A stretch of DNA of 64,000 nt. It comes from a virus. Below, piece after piece: positions 1 through 9,084 of this stretch. How positions within the stretch are numbered: position 1 is the stretch's first letter; each line of letters begins with the position of its first letter. Made by a program: the position numbers and the translations under genes. Below the pieces are notes generated by a model. That model worked only from the letters and a program-made list of their open reading frames with translations, searched no databases and had not been told where the DNA came from. Where the stretch lies: the IMG/VR virus record IMGVR_UViG_3300015371_000013, positions 1-64,000 of that record, one strand, 5' to 3'.

Positions 1-4
1 ATGT

Positions 5-40
5 GGGAGGGGGGTCAGATTTTTTGACCCCTCCCCCCTA
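5..40. repeat. G/C-rich inverted repeat at probable right genome end (cos-adjacent)
   Basis: ggggtca-gattttt-tgacccc hairpin inside gggagggggg...cccctcccccc; follows the last minus-strand gene; resembles the sequence I recall preceding the cohesive end in this phage group. Confidence 0.5.
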
Positions 41-241
41 CCCTTTTTTCTTTCATCTTCTTTTAGTTCGTCGTTGTACTTCTCGCATCATGTGACGAAC
101 ACGTTCAGAAAAATTTTTTATTCGATCTCGTTCTCTATCGGTCATCGACCTGACATCAGTTTCTGTCCAACGAGGTCGACGGTATTGGTATTGTTTTGGT
201 TCCTCTTCTTCATCATCGTGTTCCGTCAGTAGTTACCCCAT

Positions 242-544
242 CTACCTTTGACTTTGTTTAAGTAATGAAACTTCTCCTTCTTTAACTTTACGCAAAACAC
301 CAAGAACATTCTCTTTAACAATCTCGTCTATAGCTTCTTGGATGACTTGAAGTTGATCACCTTCAGGTAGATCGTCGGAGGTACGTGCTATCCTGGCTAG
401 GAGCCCAGGGGTATGGTACCCAGCAGATTGATCCCAAGCAAACCATTCATCCCACTGCGTCCATGGGTCGTATGGATTGTCTACTGTTGTCAGCATGTAC
501 TCAGGTGGATCAGGTAAGTCATGTGTGGTGTCGGTATCTGCCAC
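242..544 (-). CDS. Conserved phage protein (MLTTVDNPYDP family), last gene before genome end
   Basis: Strong RBS GGAGGTG; motif recalled from the gene following the RNAP-like gene in related phages. Confidence 0.75.
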   Translation of the reverse strand: MADTDTTHDLPDPPEYMLTTVDNPYDPWTQWDEWFAWDQSAGYHTPGLLARIARTSDDLPEGDQLQVIQEAIDEIVKENVLGVLRKVKEGEVSLLKQSQR

Positions 545-560
545 TATCGCTCACCTCCCA

Positions 561-3440
561 TCACTCAACACCTGACTTCAAGGTGGACATGGGAATGCCT
601 AGCGAACTTGAGATCTCAGCGTATGTAAAGCCTGATGACAACATCTGCTTAGCTCTAGCTGTTACAGCATCAGTCATCACAGGCCTCTCCCTAGGTGTGG
701 CTCTCCTACGAATGGCCTCTACATCAGTATACTTAAGGATGCTCTCCATCATCTCCTTAGAGATAGCTCCAGCTTGAATAGCATCCCATTGACGATCAGT
801 TAGACCTATACGATTCTTCTTTCCTCCTGCTCCAGTACGAAGTCGAGCTTCTTTAATCGCACTGTCTCTTACCTTCTTGAGCTCATCCTTCTCCATGTTA
901 GGATTAGCACTTCTTCTCTGTGCCACCATACGTCGGGCTACAGCCTGAGCCTGGCGTTCTAGAGGAGCATTCCTCTCAGCTACTCGAACAGCTGACTTTA
1001 GTTCTTCTACCTCTTTACTGTACACCTTCTTTGCCGACTTGGACATAGGGGTAAGCTTTACCCTTACCGCCTCTCTACGTGCCTCATTAGCCATAGCCTT
1101 AAGGCGATTAGAATGATCAGCGTAGTACTGTTCCTGTATGGTACCTCTACCCTTAGAGACTAGGCTATAAGCATTAGTTGTCTCAGCCAATCTCTCAGAC
1201 TTAAACCTAGCAGGCTCATCAGTTTTAACGTACCGCTTCTTACCCGTCTTAGGATCTACCTCAGCGACACGCTTACGTTCCCCAGTATCGACGTAAACCT
1301 TTCTACCTGTCTTTACATCGATGGTCCCTACTGAAAGCCGCTTTACTCCTGGCCCTGCCGGAGCATCCTTACGTTTAACCGGGTACGTCTCAGCCCCAGC
1401 TCTGGTAATCAGTGTAGCTGCACCACCAGGTAGACCGGTCTTAGGATTAACTCCTTGATACTTTCTCTTTAGTTCCAGAATTCCGTGATGTCTCTCGGAT
1501 GCCTTGTAGTCTAGATTATGTTTCTCAGAATCAATGACCACCATCGAATGACGTACAGCACGAGACAACTCTTCTCGAGTAGCACCCCTGAGAGTCATGT
1601 CAGAGATAAGGTTTGTAACCTTACCCATCTGCAAACCCTTTTGTTGTGGGGTAATAGAAGGGGTACCATCAGGATACTTCTTAGTTTTAGGTCCCAGAGG
1701 CACCTTGTATGACTGAGGATCAAACCCCTTCAAATTCTCCAAAGGCCGAGTAGACTCGATCTTACCCCTAGGATTCGGAATGACCACCACATGGTCGCCA
1801 TCGAAATCCGCACCCGACAAACGCTCTGCCACCTTGGGATGAATGGCTACGGCATCCGGAGCTCTTCCTCCTTTTCCGATACCGAAAAGCTTCTTAGCTT
1901 CTCGCGATCGATTGTTAACCGTCAACTGTGGAATCTCAAAGGTTCCCGCATGAGGAAACCGAATCAGAGCAACTCTCTCACCATCATGAAACGTAGGGGC
2001 AAAGATCTCGTGTGGTTTTACATGGTTAGAAGGAAGAAGGACTTTTGTTGCTTGCCGATCCATACTAGCTGCCGCAAGATGTACAGCAGCCGAATCAGTT
2101 TCGTCAGAGAAGGTTTCTAGAAGCTTTCTCTTAATGAGAGGATTAGTCAACGATTTGATTTCGTCGAATTCTTCTCTTCTTCGATCATGGGTAAAATCAA
2201 GCTGAGACTTGATCAACGCAGGAGACTGCTTAGACAACATCTGACTAGAGATCCGATTCGTCCAAGTATCCCAGTCACCCTCTTCAGTGAGAAGATTCAT
2301 CACTGATTTAGGTTTACCATCCTTACCCAGAATCTGTCCACCTTCTTTGATGACAGACCCGAAGGGAAGAGTCTTATCAACTTCTCCAGTTTCCTTATCC
2401 TTCTTGAGCGGCTTCATGGCGTCGAATTTGTTGCCCGTATTCGACTTATTGGTATTGAACTGAAGATCTATACCAGCAGGCAAATCGTCCTTATAGACAG
2501 CCATACCCTTCAAGAAGTGGGTGCCACCAACTGCAATTCGAACCTGAGCATAACGCGCCTTGCCAAGACTAACATCTTCCACACCCGGACGGACATAGAT
2601 AACGCCATCTGCATCAGCGCCACCATCTTCTTTGTATTTAACTCCTACTCGTTTGGGATCAATGTGAAGCGGGGGCTTAATCCCCATGTCTTGCCAGGTC
2701 TTACCACCATCCTCAGTTTTCTCAGCGATCAATCTAATGTTATCACGATTCGTCCAGGCTTGTTTCTGAGTAACCCCCGGCTTGACCAGCACCTTGTAGG
2801 TGGTCATCTCTCCGGTAGTAACTTGAGGAGCTTTGAAGGTATGGACACCATAACCCTCTTCCTTGAGCATAGAAAGAGCGGTATTGAATTTGTCCGGGCT
2901 GATACCAATTCGTGTATCGGGATTATCGCCAATAGGAAGATCGAGATGAACTTTTGATCCAACGTCAATGATATCCTTCTCTGCAACTTGCCGCTTAAGC
3001 ATATTCGCAGTTTGTTGAAGTTCATTCAGTCGTTCAAGGCGTCCAGGCTCAAGAAGTGAACGAACCGTAGATTCATTAATCTTCTTATCAGGAGACGACA
3101 TCTGATTAGCGATTGCCGTTGGGCCCATGCCTTTGTCGCGCAGACGCTGAGCTTCACGAATCTGATTCAAGGTTACCTCGGTAGAGGCCCGAGATGTCAT
3201 TGCTCGAATGTCTGCCGAAGTCATCTGATATTTCTTGATGACATTACCATCTTTATCCACAGGAGAATACGCCTTGGCGATCTCTGCTTCGGTCATCCCA
3301 TCGACCTTTTTGTGCTGCTCAACGATGTCTAGAAATGTCTTTGAGCGCTGAAGAGGATTCTGTCCCAAACCCCAGGGGTAACGACCCGATTTTCGGAGTA
3401 TTCCGTAGTGACTCAAATAGGTTTCTTCGTCCAAACGCAC
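561..3440 (-). CDS. Single-subunit double-psi beta-barrel DNA-dependent RNA polymerase with HTH domains
   Basis: RLSGADFDGDHV catalytic DxDGD motif, upstream RFPHA motif, HTH-like segments near both termini, 959 aa. Confidence 0.75.
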   Translation of the reverse strand: MRLDEETYLSHYGILRKSGRYPWGLGQNPLQRSKTFLDIVEQHKKVDGMTEAEIAKAYSPVDKDGNVIKKYQMTSADIRAMTSRASTEVTLNQIREAQRLRDKGMGPTAIANQMSSPDKKINESTVRSLLEPGRLERLNELQQTANMLKRQVAEKDIIDVGSKVHLDLPIGDNPDTRIGISPDKFNTALSMLKEEGYGVHTFKAPQVTTGEMTTYKVLVKPGVTQKQAWTNRDNIRLIAEKTEDGGKTWQDMGIKPPLHIDPKRVGVKYKEDGGADADGVIYVRPGVEDVSLGKARYAQVRIAVGGTHFLKGMAVYKDDLPAGIDLQFNTNKSNTGNKFDAMKPLKKDKETGEVDKTLPFGSVIKEGGQILGKDGKPKSVMNLLTEEGDWDTWTNRISSQMLSKQSPALIKSQLDFTHDRRREEFDEIKSLTNPLIKRKLLETFSDETDSAAVHLAAASMDRQATKVLLPSNHVKPHEIFAPTFHDGERVALIRFPHAGTFEIPQLTVNNRSREAKKLFGIGKGGRAPDAVAIHPKVAERLSGADFDGDHVVVIPNPRGKIESTRPLENLKGFDPQSYKVPLGPKTKKYPDGTPSITPQQKGLQMGKVTNLISDMTLRGATREELSRAVRHSMVVIDSEKHNLDYKASERHHGILELKRKYQGVNPKTGLPGGAATLITRAGAETYPVKRKDAPAGPGVKRLSVGTIDVKTGRKVYVDTGERKRVAEVDPKTGKKRYVKTDEPARFKSERLAETTNAYSLVSKGRGTIQEQYYADHSNRLKAMANEARREAVRVKLTPMSKSAKKVYSKEVEELKSAVRVAERNAPLERQAQAVARRMVAQRRSANPNMEKDELKKVRDSAIKEARLRTGAGGKKNRIGLTDRQWDAIQAGAISKEMMESILKYTDVEAIRRRATPRERPVMTDAVTARAKQMLSSGFTYAEISSSLGIPMSTLKSGVE

Positions 3441-4000
3441 TACGGCACCTCCTCTCTGAGTCGATTGAGAATTCTATCGAAGTCCACAATTTTGTCCATA
3501 ATTCCTCTTATAAAATGTGGATCAGCATCATACAACAGTACTCTGCTGTCCTTGTACAAGCGAAGCTCGATGCCTCGCAGAGAAAACGGATCTATCTCGT
3601 ATTCGAGACAGAAGAGTGCAGCGTAAACTTCCAACTGATGCTCGGAAACACGTGTGACACCGGTTTTGAGATCGCTGATGCGAAGAAGTCTATACCGGTA
3701 AGCGATAGCGTCAACTGTGCCGAAAGAGTTCGGTGAGTAGAAGAGGACGACCTCGGGGGACATCTTGTACTGAATACACTGGTTGATGTACAATCCGACC
3801 GTAGTCGTTTCGTCATCTTGAACGATCCCTTCTTCGATACAGATAGCAGCGTAACGATGATGCTCCATACCCTCCAGGGCTGCTCTAAGCGCTTTGTATC
3901 GAAATCTTAGCTTCTCCTCGTCGTAGTTTATCCAGTGGTAAGAACTAGGACTGAGGAAGGCATGCTGCCCCTCGAGATGCGAATGCTTCTTGAAGCGCAG
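3440..4000 (-). CDS. PD-(D/E)XK RecB/Cas4-like exonuclease; probable CTG start
   Basis: GTVDAI...ISDLKTG...QLEVYA motifs; frame open from 3868 up to a CTG at 4000 that sits 6 nt after GAGGAGG. Confidence 0.75.
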   Translation of the reverse strand: MRFKKHSHLEGQHAFLSPSSYHWINYDEEKLRFRYKALRAALEGMEHHRYAAICIEEGIVQDDETTTVGLYINQCIQYKMSPEVVLFYSPNSFGTVDAIAYRYRLLRISDLKTGVTRVSEHQLEVYAALFCLEYEIDPFSLRGIELRLYKDSRVLLYDADPHFIRGIMDKIVDFDRILNRLREEVP

Positions 4001-4262
4001 TGATTACCTCCTCTTCATTCTCTGGATAGATAAACGCAGCGAAAGACATGTTGTTCATCTGCTGGACATAAAAAGCTTGATTAGGTCGTTCGGCCGAATT
4101 TGCCGAAGCTTTGACCTCAAGCATAGCCCAACATGGACCATAGAACAGAGTAAGATCGAGGATTCCCTGCACATAGTTCGGATCGTTTTTAAGGACTTCG
4201 CAGCCCGGGAATGTGCGCTTTAACTTACGAATGAGTTGACTTTGATACGCCGATTCAGTCAT
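3945..4262 (-). CDS. VRR-NUC-like PD-(D/E)XK nuclease / Holliday junction resolvase
   Basis: MTESAYQ...QGILDL...LEVK...RPNQ pattern. Confidence 0.7.
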   Translation of the reverse strand: MTESAYQSQLIRKLKRTFPGCEVLKNDPNYVQGILDLTLFYGPCWAMLEVKASANSAERPNQAFYVQQMNNMSFAAFIYPENEEEVITALQEAFASRGAACLPQS

Positions 4263-4402
4263 GGATCCGGATCCTCGTTTCTGAAGATCCATACCGGAAA
4301 AGTGAGATGAAGAACCAGGTACTCAATCAGTCTTTTTACCACGAATCCCCTTTCAAATAGCGAAAAAAGAGAAACCAATTTCGGATATTGTATCCCTCTT
4401 CT

Positions 4403-4426
4403 ATCATATGCTGCGATTTACACGCG
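4403..4426 (-). promoter_or_regulatory. Phage promoter element (CGCG-N14-TATGAT) upstream of nuclease/RNAP operon
   Basis: Same 14-nt spacing as the other 22 copies; hexamer variant followed by A rather than G. Confidence 0.6.
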
Positions 4427-4466
4427 TTCCAGTATCTGAAAAAAAATACGGGCATTCTGATCAATC

Positions 4467-5027
4467 TCAACGCATTTCTACCAGTTCAAAGTACTGATAA
4501 GTAGGCCATGCTGGGGTTCGATTGAGAACTGACAACACCACTTCTCGTTCCAACAGTCCGTAACGACAAGCGGCTGACAAAGAATTTGGAAACTTCTCGC
4601 CATCGCCTATCGAACGAATAGGTACCTTGAGTGGATTGTTGTAGCGATCGCCATGAAACTGACGTTTATAAAGAATAGCATACCAACGAGGACGCCACAT
4701 AAGATTGTCTACATGACAATTCTTGGGATCACCGTCCAACTGGATAGGTGTATCAAATACGTCGGAAGGCGGAGGAAGAAAAGCTCGAGCTACCAAGCGT
4801 GGTAGAGACCGAATACACTGTTGCCAATCTCGCATAAGTCCGACGTAGGGTACTCCATACTGATTGATTCTCGGAATCAACAAACGCCCGGTTGAATTTC
4901 TCGATACTTGCCCCAGCGCGTTTACGCTGTATCCGGGAAAGCCTTCTACAGGAACCCAACCATCATCGCTCTTTCTGGTGGCGAACTCGACGTCTTGCGA
5001 GGTTTCTTCAACCCACTGCTTAGTCAT
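4467..5027 (-). CDS. NUMOD4/HNH-like endonuclease (HNH site looks degenerate)
   Basis: WVPVEGFPGYSVN (NUMOD4), RLVARAF, DGDPKNCHVDNLMW. Confidence 0.7.
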   Translation of the reverse strand: MTKQWVEETSQDVEFATRKSDDGWVPVEGFPGYSVNALGQVSRNSTGRLLIPRINQYGVPYVGLMRDWQQCIRSLPRLVARAFLPPPSDVFDTPIQLDGDPKNCHVDNLMWRPRWYAILYKRQFHGDRYNNPLKVPIRSIGDGEKFPNSLSAACRYGLLEREVVLSVLNRTPAWPTYQYFELVEMR

Positions 5028-5208
5028 CGAACTTTTCTTTACTAGTCTTCCATCCCTTTCTACGCATAGTTTCCATAGCCTCTTCGAGATCTAGAACTAA
5101 AAGAGCTCCTCCATAACCATCAAGATGATTTAGATTTCCCACATCAAAAAGCTCTTTGACTAGACCTGCTACAAACTCACGATTATGTCTCAGTTCTTCT
5201 TCAGTCAT
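5020..5208 (-). CDS. Hypothetical protein
   Basis: Tightly packed minus-strand ORF. Confidence 0.55.
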   Translation of the reverse strand: MTEEELRHNREFVAGLVKELFDVGNLNHLDGYGGALLVLDLEEAMETMRRKGWKTSKEKFDD

Positions 5209-5424
5209 CTAGGCATCCGTCTTGCCCGACTCCGGGTACCTTTTCTTCAGCTCCACATCCACTCGTTCCACCGAATCGACCATACCAATGAGATGCGCAT
5301 CCGTCACAATGGCATCTGTCCAGATCGTGATTACCCACGAATATACGCCCGCCGCTGTGCGGCGCAACTCAATTGATCCACGACCAGGAACCGGATCTCG
5401 GTAAGGCTTGACCGTCTCGTTCAT
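5209..5424 (-). CDS. Hypothetical protein
   Basis: RBS GGGAG, packed ORF. Confidence 0.6.
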   Translation of the reverse strand: MNETVKPYRDPVPGRGSIELRRTAAGVYSWVITIWTDAIVTDAHLIGMVDSVERVDVELKKRYPESGKTDA

Positions 5425-5606
5425 ATCGTCTCCCTACCTTCGGGGGTCAACAAGACTGATTTCAGACCCTCGCATCGGAATTGCCAACCTTGACCAACCA
5501 CATGTAGCTCAATCGGATTACCAGTATTTATCGCAACAGTAAACCATTCTTGCAGCTCACGAGCTTCACTTTCTAAAAGTGTTGTCAATTTCATCGATTC
5601 GACTCC

Positions 5607-5834
5607 TTAATCCTCGGTCGACAACGCCTTGAGGTAGTGCCTCCCAAACTTCAAAACCACTTTGTTATGGGTCTCTACCACAATCTCCGCCAACTCTGAA
5701 GTCTCCATCGTCCCGATCATAGGGTCTTGATGATGTGGTTTTGTGATGTCATTGGACAAAAGGGCATAGATATTACGTCCCAGTTTGTAATCAGTACGCC
5801 ACAGACGCTCTCCAGGGTTATTCAGGGGGGCCAT
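5607..5834 (-). CDS. Hypothetical protein (likely start MAPLNN)
   Basis: AAGGAG RBS upstream of an internal Met of the 5607..5942 ORF. Confidence 0.55.
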   Translation of the reverse strand: MAPLNNPGERLWRTDYKLGRNIYALLSNDITKPHHQDPMIGTMETSELAEIVVETHNKVVLKFGRHYLKALSTED

Positions 5835-5899
5835 GCCTATAGATCTCCTTTGGTAAAATTTTCCTGATCCAATAAAAATGTTAGACAAGGGCTTTTTCA

Positions 5900-6370
5900 A
5901 AGTCAGACCTGCAAATCTTGGCAATCTTGGCAAAAAGGCCAAATAGATACTGGGATTTCTCGCAAATTGCGGGATTTTTTAGCGATTTTTCTTGCCAAGA
6001 TTTTCGAGGTAAAAAGTTTTTTTATAATCGCGTTTCAATATCTGAGCCAATATCTGTTTGTTTGCACATTCTATATACTTGCACGCGCCCGCGTAAAGAA
6101 AATAGGAATTAAAGGCAAGCATAAAAGACGTGTATCAGATACTGAAATCGAAAATAAAAAAAACTTTTTTGTCGAAAAATCTTGGCATGGCAATTTCATC
6201 CCTCAAACCCTTACACAGAGCCAAAAAACTTGCCAAAATCAATCTTGGCAAAATCTTGGCAATTTTGGCAAATATTCTTTAAAAACCCGCAAATTGCGGA
6301 CTTTTCCAGTATCTGAATCGATTTTGGCATCGAAAATTAACGAGTCCAATATCTGAATTTTGGCCCAATA
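5900..6370. repeat. AT-rich non-coding region with TTGGCA/TGCCAA iterons; putative replication origin
   Basis: About ten (AATC)TTGGCA copies in both orientations, two CGCAAATTGCGG, three CAGTATCT (both orientations), poly-A/T tracts, near the helicase. Confidence 0.65.
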
Positions 6371-6379
6371 TTCCATCAA

Positions 6380-6565
6380 TTAGGGCCTCCTTTCGTCCAG
6401 CGTCTTCTCCCAGCATGGTTTACACATCAAAACATCCACACTTTCAACCTTAGCCAGCCCTGAGTCCGCTGGGAAATCGCTAAATCTCAGCTTACCCACC
6501 CCTTTTCCGGTGCAGATACCCGGGGAGTTGGGATGATTGACCACACACAGGCAATAACAACTCAT
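6380..6565 (-). CDS. Small Cys-rich hypothetical protein
   Basis: CxC..C, H, CxxC; ATGA overlap with upstream gene. Confidence 0.55.
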   Translation of the reverse strand: MSCYCLCVVNHPNSPGICTGKGVGKLRFSDFPADSGLAKVESVDVLMCKPCWEKTLDERRP

Positions 6566-6789
6566 CGTTTCCGCTTAGACCCCCTGAGACGGACCAATTC
6601 CTCGCGATAGAGTCCCGTAACCAGCTCTTGGGCTCTGACCAAACGCGGAAAGTATCCTACCCGGCGTGAAAGCGAGCGTTTCTCGGAAAACAGCTTCACC
6701 GCCCCGATGAGATGCTCTTCCGCCCCCTTCAGATGCTCGGTCAGTTGCTCATCCACCGACGGCAATTTTTTTTGCGACTTAGACATCAA
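6562..6789 (-). CDS. Hypothetical protein
   Basis: RBS and ATGA coupling. Confidence 0.55.
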   Translation of the reverse strand: MMSKSQKKLPSVDEQLTEHLKGAEEHLIGAVKLFSEKRSLSRRVGYFPRLVRAQELVTGLYREELVRLRGSKRKR

Positions 6790-6888
6790 CTAGTACCTTT
6801 CCCTTAGTTTTCTCTCAATTCGCCTCTAAGGGGCCTTTACGTGGCTCTCAGAGGCCCTCTAGAGTCTGTCCAGAACCTACCAAGGCGC

Positions 6889-8145
6889 TCATCTCCCTCT
6901 CTGATATGAGAATTCCACGAATTCCTCGTCGGTCATCTCGAAATGCTTGGTCTGAAAGCTCTGTTTGCTCATCAGCGATCTCCAAATCGCCCAGTCGATC
7001 GCCGCCTGGGAGCGCAGTGTATAATAGTAAAGATGTTTGAACGGAGAATTGATGCGATCGGTACGCCCGTGAGCCTGCTCCCAGAACTTATACGAGTAGG
7101 TCAGACTCCAAAAACACGTGGCGTTGGTCTCCGTACAATTCCAACCCTCGGCTCCCGCCGCATACTGAACCACATAGATCCACTTCTCACTGTTGGGCAG
7201 CTCCTCGTGTTTGTGGCCGTTCCACTCGGCGTAGGCCCGCTCTTCCGACTCCCTCAAGGTTCTAAGAATGGCCAGCTCGTAATCAAAGTTGTAAAAGATG
7301 ATGAGCCGATCGTGCTTGTCGAGCAGCTCCCATACCGCCCTAAGGCGTGACGGATCCGTATTGGCCACCTTGCGCATCTGGTGAAAGAGATCAGAGATGT
7401 CACGGATGGGTTTATCCTCGAAGATGTTCCAGCGTCCGTGAGAGATCCGAGCCATGGTGATCTCATCAAACTCACACCACACGTTGACCGAGTGTCGGAT
7501 CTTCTCGGTAGGATAGGGCATGTGGATGAGGATCTGGTTCTTGTAGCGGACCAGACGATTTACGTTGACATATCTCTCCACCTTAAAATATTTGACAAAC
7601 GGCGCTTGAATCACATGTTCGGCTTTGAACTCGGATCGGTTCTTATAGAACCCGTTGGCGATGAACACGGGAATATAGTCCATCCACGAGTCTCCCGGAG
7701 TGGCCGAGAGCATGATCCAGCGGTTGTGTTTGGCGATCTTTAAAAACGCCTTGACCCACTTGCCCTTGCCCACCAGGCGCTGCTCGTCGAAGATGAAGAA
7801 CTGATCCGTTACGTCTTTGTATTTGTCGATCATGTTCCAGGAGTCGACGGTGATGATCCCGTCGGGGGCCCAATCAACCGGGAGCATGTGCTTATCGCGA
7901 ATTTCTTCTTCACTGGGTACGCGAGGGATTCCGAATTTAACCGCCTCGCCGATCCAATCCAGAGAATCGCGCTTCTTGGCGGTGGTGATGACGTAGAGAT
8001 CTTCATGATCTCGGGTGAGAAGATGATAGGCCAACCCCACCCGGGATTTGCCGGAGCCCACACCGCCCCAGAGAATATTCCCATCGCTTAACTTTCCCAG
8101 GGCTACTTTTTGATGATCCCTCAAGAGGGCAGATACATCTTGCAT
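6889..8145 (-). CDS. SF2 DNA helicase
   Basis: GGVGSGKS (Walker A), FDEQ (Walker B), SATP (motif III), QAHGRTDR (motif VI). Confidence 0.9.
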   Translation of the reverse strand: MQDVSALLRDHQKVALGKLSDGNILWGGVGSGKSRVGLAYHLLTRDHEDLYVITTAKKRDSLDWIGEAVKFGIPRVPSEEEIRDKHMLPVDWAPDGIITVDSWNMIDKYKDVTDQFFIFDEQRLVGKGKWVKAFLKIAKHNRWIMLSATPGDSWMDYIPVFIANGFYKNRSEFKAEHVIQAPFVKYFKVERYVNVNRLVRYKNQILIHMPYPTEKIRHSVNVWCEFDEITMARISHGRWNIFEDKPIRDISDLFHQMRKVANTDPSRLRAVWELLDKHDRLIIFYNFDYELAILRTLRESEERAYAEWNGHKHEELPNSEKWIYVVQYAAGAEGWNCTETNATCFWSLTYSYKFWEQAHGRTDRINSPFKHLYYYTLRSQAAIDWAIWRSLMSKQSFQTKHFEMTDEEFVEFSYQRGR

Positions 8146-8331
8146 ACCGTCACCTCCTTTCTAAGCTTTCCTTAGCTTGTCTACGCCTGCTTATAAAATG
8201 TTTTCTTCTATTCGTCGTGTTTTATCTCGACGCTTTGCCCATTGCAAAAGAAAAAATCCCAATACCCGTATGTAGAACGACAATAAGTATCGCCAACGAT
8301 ATTTCCATGCTTTGTCTGAATACGGTATGAT

Positions 8332-8472
8332 CTAATCCTTTCCTTTCTCTATCTGTCCCGTGCCGTTACACGCCCTGCAAGTTCGCTCCTCCATTCTATT
8401 CCCTGGATTAAGACCGAACGGACTAGGATTGACCAGAATAACGCCAGTACCCTTGCACTTAGGGCAGGTCAC
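8332..8472 (-). CDS. 46-aa DnaJ-type zinc-finger protein (not in ORF track)
   Basis: VTCPKCKGTG...TCRACNGTG, two CxxCxGxG; GTGA overlap. Confidence 0.6.
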   Translation of the reverse strand: MTCPKCKGTGVILVNPSPFGLNPGNRMEERTCRACNGTGQIEKGKD

Positions 8473-8687
8473 GTAATCACCGACACCTTTCTCGGGTCTT
8501 CGTTTAGAATCCGGCGCACCTCAGCCTCGACCTCTCGCTTACTCCCGGAAAAATCTCCCGTTAAAAACAGCATGTCCTGACCGCGAGAGCCGTAGAGCAC
8601 ACAATGCTTCGAGTTGGAGGAGACTACGATCTCCTTCGGGTTTTCCAGCAACACATCGAACATGTCCTGCAGAGTACAGTGACGCAT
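8469..8687 (-). CDS. Hypothetical protein
   Basis: RBS GAAGGTG, packed ORF. Confidence 0.55.
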   Translation of the reverse strand: MRHCTLQDMFDVLLENPKEIVVSSNSKHCVLYGSRGQDMLFLTGDFSGSKREVEAEVRRILNEDPRKVSVIT

Positions 8688-8709
8688 AGGCCACCTTCTT
8701 TCTCAAAAT

Positions 8710-8740
8710 AAAAAAGAGAAGCCGTGATGGCTCCTCTTCT
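8710..8740 (-). terminator. Intrinsic terminator of cassette type
   Basis: AGAGGAGCC-ATCAC-GGCTTCTC then T-run. Confidence 0.75.
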
Positions 8741-8743
8741 AAC

Positions 8744-8986
8744 TTATGATTCCTGCTTGGGAGGATCATTGAGCATGATCAAGTCAAACTCGTCGAACTC
8801 AACCTCCTTCTCCTTGAGCAATATGGCCAGGTACTTTATCTGGTTTTCCAGCATGTCTCTCTCAGAGCCGATGACCAGTAGGACACGGGCGATCTGATTG
8901 TACTTGCGGCGTTGCGGATAGTAGCCTAGGCCATAGGCGGCGGCGAGGGCGGTGAGGGCGGTAGCGATTTTGAATCTTTTGGGCAT
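8744..8986 (-). CDS. Single-pass membrane cassette protein (paralog of 28876..29178)
   Basis: TM segment, C-terminal VEFDEFDLIML; has its own promoter and terminator. Confidence 0.7.
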   Translation of the reverse strand: MPKRFKIATALTALAAAYGLGYYPQRRKYNQIARVLLVIGSERDMLENQIKYLAILLKEKEVEFDEFDLIMLNDPPKQES

Positions 8987-9014
8987 ACTTATGTTTCCTT
9001 TCGGTAGGATTTTC

Positions 9015-9038
9015 ATTATATGCCCTGTTTATGACGCG
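9015..9038 (-). promoter_or_regulatory. Phage promoter element CGCG-N14-TATAAT
   Basis: Consensus match directly downstream of a terminator T-run. Confidence 0.8.
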
Positions 9039-9084
9039 AAAAACGAAAGTCTCAGAATGAGACTCCCGTTTTGATACTACTTGT

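Noticed and set aside
3440-4000. Cas4 as evidence of CRISPR-Cas
   Set aside because: Solo PD-(D/E)XK nuclease without the Fe-S cysteine pattern; common in phages
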